DNA from: Paenibacillus gorillae
GTDB lineage: Bacteria; Bacillota; Bacilli; Paenibacillales; Paenibacillaceae
DNA: 24,000 bases
Direction of reading: 5' to 3'
NCBI RefSeq assembly: GCF_000513275.1
Contig: NZ_CBVJ010000093.1
Span: forward strand, 1-24,000
Shown here: positions 15,301 through 23,941 of the stretch, piece after piece
Layout: each line of letters starts with the position of its first letter
Numbering within the stretch: the first letter of the stretch is position 1
Made by a program: the position numbers and the translations under genes
The notes under the pieces: generated by a model
The model's input: the letters and a program-made list of their open reading frames with translations, nothing else
What the model was told of the DNA's origin: nothing
Databases searched by the model: none

Positions 15301-16026
15301 TTAACCTTGCTTGGTTCGCAGCTTGTCACAAGCATATTGGAAGGTGAGCCGGAGTGATTCCGTCACCAGCTCCAATCCTTGCGCCAGATCCGCCGATTGC
15401 GAAGCGATGTTTTCCAATTGCACCTCTTCGCCGTACTCTTTGTGGCTTTGCGCCAGGTCATCCTGCATTTCTGAATTCATATAATGAATTTCTACGTTGC
15501 GCCGTTTACGCAGCCTGCCAGTGGACTCCTTTAGCTTTTCTTTCACGTCATTCAGCTTCCAGGTCAGATTCGGATGAGCGTTTTTCTCACGCATATTGCG
15601 CAGCACGGTAAAATAAGAAAAATGTGCCTTTATCCGCTCCGTCTTCATTCCCAGGAAATCGTTTAGAAAAATGCTTAATTTGTCCATGAGCGAGAACACC
15701 CGGATAAACGCGTTTTTGTCAAAATAGACATAACGGCGGTAATCCAGCAGCTCCTCAGCCGACATATCGCTTACGGTATTGGCTTTAATCCGCCCGCGAA
15801 AGGCTTGAGCTGCATAGCAACTCTGCTCAAGCTCATTCAAGGAAGCAATCAAGCCTTTAGTCCATATTTCATAAGTTCGAAGTTTGTGATCAGTATCTTT
15901 GCCTGCCTCCACCCGGCTTTGCAGCATGGAAATAAAGTTCTCCATCAAGTGAATGGCATTCGCCAAAGAGCCCTCGGCTTTCCGTTCAGACTCCCCAAAC
16001 ATGAATCGCAGCATACGGATCAGCAC
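15301..16026 (-). CDS. All-helical hypothetical protein with an RNxxxH motif; candidate HEPN-domain protein, possibly Cthe_2314-like
   Basis: 241-aa ORF rich in Leu, Glu and Lys. The exact 'R-N-V-E-I-H' (residues 176-181) is encoded at 15484-15501 as cgc aac gta gaa att cat. The start is ambiguous: GTG at 16026 abuts the SD-like 'agaaggg', whereas the ATG at 16014 has a spacer of about 11 nt. The family assignment is from memory of the Rx4-6H signature only. Confidence 0.6.
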   Translation of the reverse strand: MLIRMLRFMFGESERKAEGSLANAIHLMENFISMLQSRVEAGKDTDHKLRTYEIWTKGLIASLNELEQSCYAAQAFRGRIKANTVSDMSAEELLDYRRYVYFDKNAFIRVFSLMDKLSIFLNDFLGMKTERIKAHFSYFTVLRNMREKNAHPNLTWKLNDVKEKLKESTGRLRKRRNVEIHYMNSEMQDDLAQSHKEYGEEVQLENIASQSADLAQGLELVTESLRLTFQYACDKLRTKQG

Positions 16027-16047
16027 CCTTCTCTATTAGCCATTTCG

Positions 16048-17814
16048 TTATTTGTTGAAATATTCCTTCCAGCGATTGTCAACGAGCGAAGAAATATCTT
16101 CACGCGGGAACAATTCATCCGGATAGCCCGGCTTCATACGCGCATCAATGACAATCGGCAGCTTGTAGCCAAAGTGGTGACGACGGACCTCCGCATAGGC
16201 ATAAATATCGTCTGCCGGGTTAAAGCGCGTAAACACCGTCCACAGGAATGGAGTCTGCGCATGCGCAATTTCAGCATCATCAGCCAAAATAATGAGCGGC
16301 CATTCCGTGCCGCGCTGCGACAGACGTTCTAATAAACGCTCCGCCAGCTTCGGCTCGGCTTCATAAGAAGCTCCGGATACAACGAGACATCCGCGGCAAT
16401 ACACTTGGGCGTTCGTAATTTCTTCAATCGCGCCTTCTTCATAAATAGCAGGCAGCTTGCGAACCGGCTCGCCGACGCCAAGCATAACGGCCTTGCTGCC
16501 GTGATTCAGCTTGCCGCTCGTATAATCTAGTGTGTCATGCGACGTTTCGTCAAATACGAACAGATCGGAATGCGGCTGGAATCGCTCCAGAACCGTCTCC
16601 AGCAAGACATCGAATTTAGACAAATCGATAGGCTGATCGGTAATCATTAAGAACTTGGTCAGCGTCAGCTGGCCTTGACCCAAAATGCTAAACGCCGTCG
16701 ACAATGCCTCACGCGAATAGGATTCCCTTACGACTGCTGCTGCAAGCGCATGAACGCCAGCTTCAGCGTAGGCCCACAGCTCTTTCACACCCGGCATCAC
16801 CATATTGAAGGCCGGTGAAAGCAGTCGCTGCAAATATTCGCCCAAGTAGTAATCCTCTTGGCGCGGTTTGCCGACAATCGTTGCCGGATAGATCGCATCT
16901 TTCCGGTGCCATACATGGTCGACTTCAAACACCGGAAAATCATGCGTTAACGAATAGTAGCCGAAATGGTCGCCAAACGGCCCTTCCGGACGGCGGAGAT
17001 GCGGCGGCACTTTACCGCTAATTACGAATTCCGCTTGTGACGGAATACGATGTCCGCCTTGCGGATTTTGTACGACGGGAAGCTTGTCTCCCAAGATCAG
17101 CGAAGCCATCAACAGCTCAGGCAGATGCTCTGGAAGCGGTGCAATCGCCGATGCGATCAACGCTGGAGGACCGCCCAGGAACACAGATACCGGCAGCGCT
17201 TCGTTACGCTGCTCAGCTTCGTAGTAGTGGAAGCCGCCGCCTTTATGTATTTGCCAATGCATGCCCGTTGTCGAATCATCGAAGATTTGCATCCGGTACA
17301 TGCCCAAATTATGTTTTTTACGGGCTTGCAAGCTTTCGGTATAGACGAGCGGAAGCGTAACGAACGGTCCGCCATCTTCCTGCCAGCTTGTCAGCTTAGG
17401 CAATCCTGCAAGCGGACGTTCCTTGCGGAGCGTCTGCAGAATCGGTGCATTCGCCGGAGGTGTTTCCTTCATCCCTACCTTCAGCATGTCCCAAATCAAA
17501 TTCTTTTCTCCCCAGATCGCCTTCAGCGTAGGCGGCATAATCCGGTCTGTTGCGCCGACAATTTGTTTCATAAGTGCTTCTGGCCGAGGGCCAAATGCAA
17601 GATCCACGCGCCGGCTTGTACCAAAAAGATTGGTCACGACAGGAAAAGAGCTGCCCTTCACATTTGTGAACAGCAGCGCTGGTCCTTCCGATTCAATAAC
17701 GCGACGATGAATTTCAGCCAGCTCCAAATAAGGATCGACCGGTGCGTCGATAATGGCCAAATCATTGTCTTTTTTCAAAACCTCAATAAATTCACGCAAA
17801 TTGTTAAAAATCAA
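16048..17814 (-). CDS. UbiD-family decarboxylase (menaquinone biosynthesis decarboxylase type)
   Basis: 588 aa. The N-terminus 'NLREFIEVLKKDNDLAIIDAPVDPYLELAEI' and internal 'GMYRMQI', 'WQIHKGGG' and 'PEGPFGDHFGYY' are typical of UbiD. The start is TTG at 17814, and it overlaps the ctaA stop as 'TTGA'. Confidence 0.88.
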   Translation of the reverse strand: MIFNNLREFIEVLKKDNDLAIIDAPVDPYLELAEIHRRVIESEGPALLFTNVKGSSFPVVTNLFGTSRRVDLAFGPRPEALMKQIVGATDRIMPPTLKAIWGEKNLIWDMLKVGMKETPPANAPILQTLRKERPLAGLPKLTSWQEDGGPFVTLPLVYTESLQARKKHNLGMYRMQIFDDSTTGMHWQIHKGGGFHYYEAEQRNEALPVSVFLGGPPALIASAIAPLPEHLPELLMASLILGDKLPVVQNPQGGHRIPSQAEFVISGKVPPHLRRPEGPFGDHFGYYSLTHDFPVFEVDHVWHRKDAIYPATIVGKPRQEDYYLGEYLQRLLSPAFNMVMPGVKELWAYAEAGVHALAAAVVRESYSREALSTAFSILGQGQLTLTKFLMITDQPIDLSKFDVLLETVLERFQPHSDLFVFDETSHDTLDYTSGKLNHGSKAVMLGVGEPVRKLPAIYEEGAIEEITNAQVYCRGCLVVSGASYEAEPKLAERLLERLSQRGTEWPLIILADDAEIAHAQTPFLWTVFTRFNPADDIYAYAEVRRHHFGYKLPIVIDARMKPGYPDELFPREDISSLVDNRWKEYFNK

Positions 17815-18743
17815 CCGTTATCCGTCCTCTCCTGCAACCGTCTGGAACGTATCAGCATATCGATTAAAATGCCGAACAAACCGGTAATTATTAAGTTATG
17901 AAGCAAGCTTGTGAATATAAACCAGTTTTCATTTGTAAGTGTAGCTGTCAGCCATGCGCCGCTTAGTACTTGGCAAACGACGAGCAGTACGGTCCAGCCT
18001 GCAGGAATCAACAGACCTGCTTTGCCATTCGTCACCCGGCGGATATGCGTGTACAAGCCCAGTATCGAAAGGCCAAGCAGCATGCCGGCAACGCGGTGAA
18101 TAAAGACGATCGTTGTCGCCCCTTCGAATTCGGGAATTACCTGTCCGTTACAAAGCGGCCAGCCAAGACACCCGCCTGCTGATTCGGTGTGGCGGATAAA
18201 TGCCCCCAGATAGACGACTACATAACAAAAAATACATACAGCCAGCACTCTTGGATATACGGACCGCGGAACCGTAAAGACCGCTTGGCGTCCGTTCTTG
18301 ACCCGATAGGACCATACGACAAGCAGCAGCGTAGCTGCAAATGCAAGCAGTGAGATCCCGAAATGAATGGCCATGATTGGCGGAGATTGCGGCCATAGTA
18401 CGGCAGCAGCACCCATTAATGCCTGTACAATTGTGAAAAGCAATGCGCCTCCTGCGTAATAAAGCGGCTCTTTAAAGTCGGCCTTATTGGAGCGGAACAG
18501 CCGGTAAGTGGCCAGGAAAGCAGCTAATACAAGCAGTCCCTCGAAGCCTGTGACCAGACGGTGCGAATACTCAATTAATGATTCCAGCGTGTAAGAAGGA
18601 ATAAATTTGCCGTTACAGAGCGGCCAGTCATCTCCACAGCCCCGCCCCGATCCGGTGTTCGTGACTAATGCTCCGGCAAGCAGTACGAGAAGCATTCCGA
18701 TGCACGATGCGATAGCAAGCGTGCGAAAACGGCCGGTTACCAT
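17811..18743 (-). CDS. ctaA: Heme A synthase (COX15/CtaA family)
   Basis: Polytopic membrane protein with paired-Cys loops 'GCGDDWPLCNGK' and 'GCLGWPLCNG', and His residues in 'EYSHR', 'MAIHFG', 'FIRHTE' and 'FIHRVAG'. The start was moved to the ATG at 18743, with SD aaggtga 7 nt upstream. A TATAAT (plus-strand 18783-18788) lies inside the longer track ORF, which argues against the 18812 start. Confidence 0.88.
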   Translation of the reverse strand: MVTGRFRTLAIASCIGMLLVLLAGALVTNTGSGRGCGDDWPLCNGKFIPSYTLESLIEYSHRLVTGFEGLLVLAAFLATYRLFRSNKADFKEPLYYAGGALLFTIVQALMGAAAVLWPQSPPIMAIHFGISLLAFAATLLLVVWSYRVKNGRQAVFTVPRSVYPRVLAVCIFCYVVVYLGAFIRHTESAGGCLGWPLCNGQVIPEFEGATTIVFIHRVAGMLLGLSILGLYTHIRRVTNGKAGLLIPAGWTVLLVVCQVLSGAWLTATLTNENWFIFTSLLHNLIITGLFGILIDMLIRSRRLQERTDNG

Positions 18744-18900
18744 AATAAAATCACCTTTTTTCGGGTTTTCTTTACACCTCACATTATATCGGTAACAATC
18801 GGCAAAAGCCATGTTGAAAATGTGACGATTCGCAAGGAGAAGCGAAGATAAGCCTTATTTTTTGCTCTTCGGCTTAGCCTTATGCTCATCACCAGGCGAT

Positions 18901-18929
18901 AAAAAAATCCGTGCATCGCTGCACGGATT
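18901..18929 (-). terminator. Intrinsic terminator after the thioredoxin-like gene
   Basis: On the minus strand: aatccgtgca / gcga / tgcacggatt, followed by a T7 run (plus-strand A-run at 18901-18907). It lies 9 nt after the stop. Confidence 0.85.
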
Positions 18930-18937
18930 TGCTTGGG

Positions 18938-19285
18938 TTACGCCTTTGGCAGTGACTCCGCAACTTGTACGGCACGATCCAGAAATTGTTCAATTTCTTC
19001 TCGTGTTTTACGCAGCTTGCTTACGAAGCGGATAAGCTCCTGCCCGCCGCGGAATGCGACAAAGCTTGGAATGCCCAGGATGTTCAGCTCCGAGCAGATA
19101 TCCGGCAGCTCGTCGCGGTCTATCTCGAAGAACGAGATCTTGCCGCTGTACTTCTCCTCCAGATCGGGCATAAACGGCTCGATGTAATGACAATCCGGAC
19201 ACCAGGTCGTCTTGAATACCGCTACCGTAACCGCATCGCTTTGAATCGCTTCGCGGAACGCGTTTTCCGTATTTAGTTTATTCAT
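18938..19285 (-). CDS. Thioredoxin-family protein
   Basis: Active-site motif 'WCPDC'. The start was moved to the ATG at 19285, with SD aggagg (19295-19300) 9 nt upstream. The track start at 19294 is a TTG that directly abuts the SD. The protein is 115 aa. Confidence 0.88.
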   Translation of the reverse strand: MNKLNTENAFREAIQSDAVTVAVFKTTWCPDCHYIEPFMPDLEEKYSGKISFFEIDRDELPDICSELNILGIPSFVAFRGGQELIRFVSKLRKTREEIEQFLDRAVQVAESLPKA

Positions 19286-19305
19286 CGCCTGCAACCTCCT
19301 TGATG

Positions 19306-20892
19306 TTAGCCAACTTCGCGCTCAAGTACAAATACTTGCCCGTCCCCATAGGATTCCCAGTGGATTTTAGCTTTGACCGCTGTAGCGAAGCTGCGGGCTG
19401 GTACATAAAGCGTACCGTTGACTACCGTAGCCGGGAATGGCATTTTTACAGTTTTCCCGTTTACGTTCACAATATCGCTGCCTTCCTTAAACGCAAGCGT
19501 TGTGTTCGTCGCTTTATCGACTACTTTCACTTGCTTCGTCTTGGAATCGTAGCTTACTGCTCCGCCCAATTGCTCAGCGACGTCGCGAAGGGGAATAATC
19601 GTTACATATTGCGGGGTAACGATTGCCGGTCGATAGTCATAGTCGGAATAGATCACTACAGATTGATGACCTAACTGCAGCTTGTTTTTGAGCAGATCAT
19701 AAACGACCGATTTATTGTCGAACAGTTGAAGCGTTTCATACGCGTGCATATTAAACAATTGCTCGCTCGTAATCGCCCCTGCCGGAATAACGACTTCATC
19801 CGATTTTACCGTACCATTCACATTCCATTGCTCGCTAACTGTGCGAAGCACGATGCCTTGGATCGGGTACAGAAAATCGTCTGAAGGCTTGAAGGTTGCT
19901 TCTACAATTTGCTTACGGATATCCAGCTTGCTGTCAACGAAAAGTTCCGCCTTTACCGAGCTGTCTTTATTGAAGATTGTATCAAGCGTTTCTTTATCTT
20001 CCTTCTCGAATGCTTTCAGTTCCTCTTGCAGGCTAAGGAGCAGATCTGTAATTTCTTTGACGGCTTCCTTAATCGTTTCTTGCTTCGTTGCCGCGTCAAG
20101 GTTCACATCCTCGAACGGATTAACTTCGCCAAGCGCAGCCCAGACGTCTTGATTCTCCGACATGATCGTAACGATAGTTGTCACGAAAGTCTCGAGACCT
20201 TGTTTATCAGCAGCAAGTGCGTCTACATACGATTTGATCCAAGCCCAGATCGCTTGACCGTCAAGCTCAGCTTTCACATGTACGAGAGAAGTGGATACGC
20301 CATTAATCGGCTCATTCACAGTCTCAACAGACAGCTTCTGCGGATTCGGCAAGTTGTTGATCAAGAAATCGCCTGCACTGTCGATCAGTTTGTGTCCCAG
20401 TTCAGTCAGCGAAGCTTGCGCCTCAGCCGAAGGAGCTCCTGCAGCATCAATCGGCAAGCCTGTCAGCTCTGCAAGACCCGCCTCTGTAAGATCGATGGCA
20501 ATTGGCGCTTTCGCTCCTTCGATCTCAAGCAGCATCGCTTTAGGCGAAATTTTAGCAGAGAAGGCTACGCTAGCTTTCTCACCCAGAATAAGCTTCCCTT
20601 TATACGAAGCATTGGATGCATCCTGTACTTTAATATCGTCCAGCTGTACTTTCAGTTTCGAGAATAATTGAATAAGTGCTAATTCCTCTTCTGGCAAGCC
20701 TTCATAGGCCTCTTCGTTAACGAGCAAATTCAGCTCTAAAGTCTGCTTGCCCTCCATCGAAGTCACTTTCAGTGTATTCTTCAAAACGGTGTTCAAATTA
20801 AGGCCGTTTACCGCCTGACAGCCTGCGGCAATAACAAGAACGAGAGCAAGCATCAGAGCTAGCCCTGTTCTCCATGTAAGAAATCTTTTCAA
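19306..20892 (-). CDS. Lipoprotein with a C-terminal copper amine oxidase N-terminal-like ('stalk') domain
   Basis: TTG start with SD gagggga 8 nt upstream. The signal peptide and lipobox are 'LVIAAGC'. The C-terminal ~90 aa, 'VTIIPLRDVAEQLGGAVSYDSKTKQVKVVDKATNTTLAFKEGSDIVNVNGKTVKMPFPATVVNGTLYVPARSF', match the Cu_amine_oxidN1 pattern. I recognise nothing in the N-terminal ~420 aa. Confidence 0.8.
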   Translation of the reverse strand: MKRFLTWRTGLALMLALVLVIAAGCQAVNGLNLNTVLKNTLKVTSMEGKQTLELNLLVNEEAYEGLPEEELALIQLFSKLKVQLDDIKVQDASNASYKGKLILGEKASVAFSAKISPKAMLLEIEGAKAPIAIDLTEAGLAELTGLPIDAAGAPSAEAQASLTELGHKLIDSAGDFLINNLPNPQKLSVETVNEPINGVSTSLVHVKAELDGQAIWAWIKSYVDALAADKQGLETFVTTIVTIMSENQDVWAALGEVNPFEDVNLDAATKQETIKEAVKEITDLLLSLQEELKAFEKEDKETLDTIFNKDSSVKAELFVDSKLDIRKQIVEATFKPSDDFLYPIQGIVLRTVSEQWNVNGTVKSDEVVIPAGAITSEQLFNMHAYETLQLFDNKSVVYDLLKNKLQLGHQSVVIYSDYDYRPAIVTPQYVTIIPLRDVAEQLGGAVSYDSKTKQVKVVDKATNTTLAFKEGSDIVNVNGKTVKMPFPATVVNGTLYVPARSFATAVKAKIHWESYGDGQVFVLEREVG

Positions 20893-20949
20893 AATAATTT
20901 TCCCCTCTCTCGCACAAAGATAATAATAAAAAAAGAACGAGCATTAATT

Positions 20950-20978
20950 ATTGTACAATGAGATGAATATCTTGTAAA
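20950..20978 (-). promoter_or_regulatory. Candidate sigma-A promoter for the lipoprotein-thioredoxin pair
   Basis: On the minus strand: TTTACA (plus-strand 20973-20978), a 17-nt spacer, then TACAAT (plus-strand 20950-20955), about 55 nt upstream of the TTG start. Confidence 0.45.
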
Positions 20979-21013
20979 TGTATGGAAAACGTCGAATACT
21001 CACTTTTTTAGTC

Positions 21014-22669
21014 TTACGCCTGCGCAGATTTGGTAAAAGGCTTCAGCAGCTTCATGAACAGCTTGCGCAGCGGCCCCGGGAATGACTTGGCATCTTCCAT
21101 CGTCACAACGCGCAATACAATCAGAAGCGCCAGATAAAGCACGACAATCACGATGCCCGCAGCTGCGGCTGACACCAGATATTCCAGCTTGTCCGGCAAA
21201 CTGTGCACCAGCTTGCGTACGCCAGCTTCTGTTCCCCAGCCACCGGCAATAGCGATTAGGATGGTTGCCAGATACGGCAGCCAGCGACGGCCAAGCACTG
21301 TAATTTTCACATCCTCGCGGATGGAATCCATATTAAGCCATGTAATGACGATAAAGCAGACGGTTGAGGCCAGAATAAGTCCATAGACGCCGAGAAGCGG
21401 TGCCAGTGCTACACTAAGCACAAGCTTCAGCCCGATACCGGCAAATGTATGCTTCATCGGCTGACGCGGCTTGCCGAGCCCGAACAGAATCGAGTTGCTG
21501 GTCATCATCGTAATCTGGAATACAGTGCCGGCTGTAAGCGCGGCTACAATGCCGCTGCCGGAAGGCCCGCTGAACAGGAAGCCCGTAACGGAATAGGCAG
21601 CTGCCGTCAATGTTAAGGCAATCGGTACTCCAGTAAACAAAACAATACGCATCACAAGCGAGGTTTGCCGCTGTACTTCCCCCATATTACGAAGTGAATA
21701 GGCCGACGAAATAACCGGTATGATCGACGTGCTGAGCGCGATTGCCAGAATCGGCGGAATGCCTGCAATCGACTGCGCTTTAAAGCTGAATTCCGTCAGC
21801 GCGCTCAATGCCTCTCTATAATCCTTGTAATACCAGCCCTCCGTTAATCGGATAAGAAGCGAAGTATCGAACATGTAGATGAGTTGAACCGTCATGGCAG
21901 TAATGACGACCGGAATGGACATTTTAAAAATTTCCCGGTAGATCGAACGGTAAGGCAGCTTGCTTGCAGCCGCTTTTGCTTCCGCCCGTTCTGCTTCCGA
22001 TCTCTGAGCGACAGGATCTTTCGCATCCATCCGCTTTAGCTTGCGTGCGAACCAGAGCATAACGAGAAACGCCCCTACGCCGCCAAGCACGTTGCCAAAC
22101 GTAGCGGAGGCTGCCGCCCAGCGGTCTCCCCAACCCCATGCCAAAACGAGAATGGCCAAACCAACCCCGACGATAACCCTTAAAATTTGCTCTACGATTT
22201 GCGAGAGACCACCGGCCGACATCAGTTGTCTGCCTTGGAAGTAGCCCCGCATCATCGCGATGACAGGAAAAATAAGCAGTGTTGGCGCGACAGCACGAAT
22301 CGCAAGCTCGGCGCCTGGCGTCTTGGCAATATGCACAGCATAGAATGGAGCCGCTGCATAAAGCAATCCTGTCAGTATAACGCCGGTTACCACGCCGAAT
22401 AAAAGCGCGGCCTGATAAATGCGGTGCGCCTCTTCCGGGCGCTGGAGCGCGTAACGTTCTGATACGAGCTTGCTGATCGCGCTCGGAATGCCTCCCGTAG
22501 CGACAACAAGCAGTGTTAAATAGAGCGTATTGGCAACGGCAAAATGCGCCATTCCCTCCTCCAGCAGGATATGCTCCAGAGGAATCCGCTGGAAAATGCC
22601 AAGAAACCGCGCTACAAGCGCGGCTGCGGCTAATATAAGCGTGCCTTTAATAAGCGAATCTTTTTTCAT
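21014..22669 (-). CDS. MOP-superfamily polysaccharide biosynthesis / putative lipid II flippase protein (YtgP/SpoVB/MurJ-like)
   Basis: 551 aa with about 14 predicted hydrophobic segments. The N-terminus 'LIKGTLILAAAALVARFLGIFQRIPL' is typical of this family. Confidence 0.85.
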   Translation of the reverse strand: MKKDSLIKGTLILAAAALVARFLGIFQRIPLEHILLEEGMAHFAVANTLYLTLLVVATGGIPSAISKLVSERYALQRPEEAHRIYQAALLFGVVTGVILTGLLYAAAPFYAVHIAKTPGAELAIRAVAPTLLIFPVIAMMRGYFQGRQLMSAGGLSQIVEQILRVIVGVGLAILVLAWGWGDRWAAASATFGNVLGGVGAFLVMLWFARKLKRMDAKDPVAQRSEAERAEAKAAASKLPYRSIYREIFKMSIPVVITAMTVQLIYMFDTSLLIRLTEGWYYKDYREALSALTEFSFKAQSIAGIPPILAIALSTSIIPVISSAYSLRNMGEVQRQTSLVMRIVLFTGVPIALTLTAAAYSVTGFLFSGPSGSGIVAALTAGTVFQITMMTSNSILFGLGKPRQPMKHTFAGIGLKLVLSVALAPLLGVYGLILASTVCFIVITWLNMDSIREDVKITVLGRRWLPYLATILIAIAGGWGTEAGVRKLVHSLPDKLEYLVSAAAAGIVIVVLYLALLIVLRVVTMEDAKSFPGPLRKLFMKLLKPFTKSAQA

Positions 22670-22699
22670 AACAGTCCGTCTCTTCTTTCTGTGCCCGAT

Positions 22700-23179
22700 C
22701 TATAAAATCCAAAAAATAAACAATACGATCATCGCGGCTTGTAAAATGACTTTCACAACGACGCTAGTTAACAGGCCGACCAACGAGCCGAATCCGACCT
22801 TAAGCGATTGAACGAAACCCGTGCCGACAAAAAGTTCCCCGATGACGGCTCCTGCGAAAGGGCCGATAATGAGGCCGAATGCAGGAATGACGAACGGCCC
22901 GATAATGAGGCCGATCGTACTTCCGACAACGGATGCCCTTGAGCCGCCGAATCGTTTGACCCCCCATGCGCTAACCGCATAATCGGCTATAAACAAGACA
23001 ACGACTATAAGCGTCTGAATCGTCCAGAACACCCAATTGAAGGGTGAAAAGGAAAAGAAGAAGCCATAAACGAAAAAAGCGCCGTAAATCGCGAGTGCAC
23101 CCGGCAATATCGGATAGATAGCGCCAGCCATCCCGACAACGAATAAAATAACGACCAGCGACCAGCCTAAAATATCCAC
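22700..23179 (-). CDS. DUF456-family small integral membrane protein
   Basis: 159 aa with four hydrophobic segments and repeated 'GLIIGPF' motifs. GTG start with SD aggagag 10 nt upstream. The HAD gene's stop lies within its SD region. Confidence 0.75.
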   Translation of the reverse strand: MDILGWSLVVILFVVGMAGAIYPILPGALAIYGAFFVYGFFFSFSPFNWVFWTIQTLIVVVLFIADYAVSAWGVKRFGGSRASVVGSTIGLIIGPFVIPAFGLIIGPFAGAVIGELFVGTGFVQSLKVGFGSLVGLLTSVVVKVILQAAMIVLFIFWIL

Positions 23180-23194
23180 TGTCTATCAGCTCTC

Positions 23195-23941
23195 CTACAG
23201 GACGTATCGTTTAAGAACTTCCGCAATGCCATGCTCATTATTCGACAAGGTTACCGCATCAGCCGCTTCTTTGACAGCATCCTGCGCATTGCCCATAGCG
23301 ACGCCAAGCCCGGCTTCCCTTATGGCGGCGATGTCGTTCAGGCTGTCGCCAACGGCAACAACCTGCGACATGTCAATGCCCATCACCTTGCAAAGCTCGC
23401 GAATCGCGCTTGCCTTGGTTATGCCTTGCGCATTCATCTCCCAGTTGCATGGTGATGAGTTTGTAATTTCCAGAGCTCCCCATTCGGCTACCTCGTCATA
23501 AATGCGCTGACGGACAGGCGCATCTTCCGTATAATAGCCAAATTTCAGCCAATGGTAATCTTCGATCTCTGTCCCCGCTTCGATCCATTTCTCCAAATTA
23601 TATACTTCGTCGGTTGTATAAGCCCAAAACCATGTTCCCGTATGCTTCATCGCCAGCTCATGAAGGCGTCTGACATAGCCCGGACCAAGCAAGGTACGCT
23701 TATGTAGAACATGAGGACGGCTCCATACCTCGCTCCCGTTGACAGTAATCATCGGCGTCTCCAGCTTTAACTGCTCCGCAAACGGAAGCGCGCTGCGGAA
23801 GCCTCTGCCCGTCGAGAAGCTGACCGTAATGCCGGCATCCAGCGCACGCTGAATCCATTCGGCATTCTCCTTGCTGATCTCGCTTTGTTCATTCAGCAGC
23901 GTTCCATCCATATCGAGCGCTACCAGCTTGTAATCTCCCAT
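23195..23941 (-). CDS. Cof-type HAD-IIB family hydrolase (sugar-phosphate phosphatase-like)
   Basis: The start was moved to the ATG at 23941, with SD ggaggag (23946-23952) upstream. HAD motif I is 'LDMDGTLL', and motifs III/IV are 'GDSLNDIAAIREAGLGVAMGNA'. Confidence 0.9.
   Translation of the reverse strand: MGDYKLVALDMDGTLLNEQSEISKENAEWIQRALDAGITVSFSTGRGFRSALPFAEQLKLETPMITVNGSEVWSRPHVLHKRTLLGPGYVRRLHELAMKHTGTWFWAYTTDEVYNLEKWIEAGTEIEDYHWLKFGYYTEDAPVRQRIYDEVAEWGALEITNSSPCNWEMNAQGITKASAIRELCKVMGIDMSQVVAVGDSLNDIAAIREAGLGVAMGNAQDAVKEAADAVTLSNNEHGIAEVLKRYVL

Noticed and set aside
14580-15347. Long antisense ORFs inside well-supported genes (for example 14580-15347, 17050-17901, 19909-20667, 8210-8668, 1190-1762, 11546-12001 and 12149-12574)
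   Set aside because: Each lies opposite a gene with clear family motifs. They lack an SD and translate to Arg-, Ser- and Cys-rich low-plausibility sequence. They are typical shadow ORFs in roughly 50% GC DNA.
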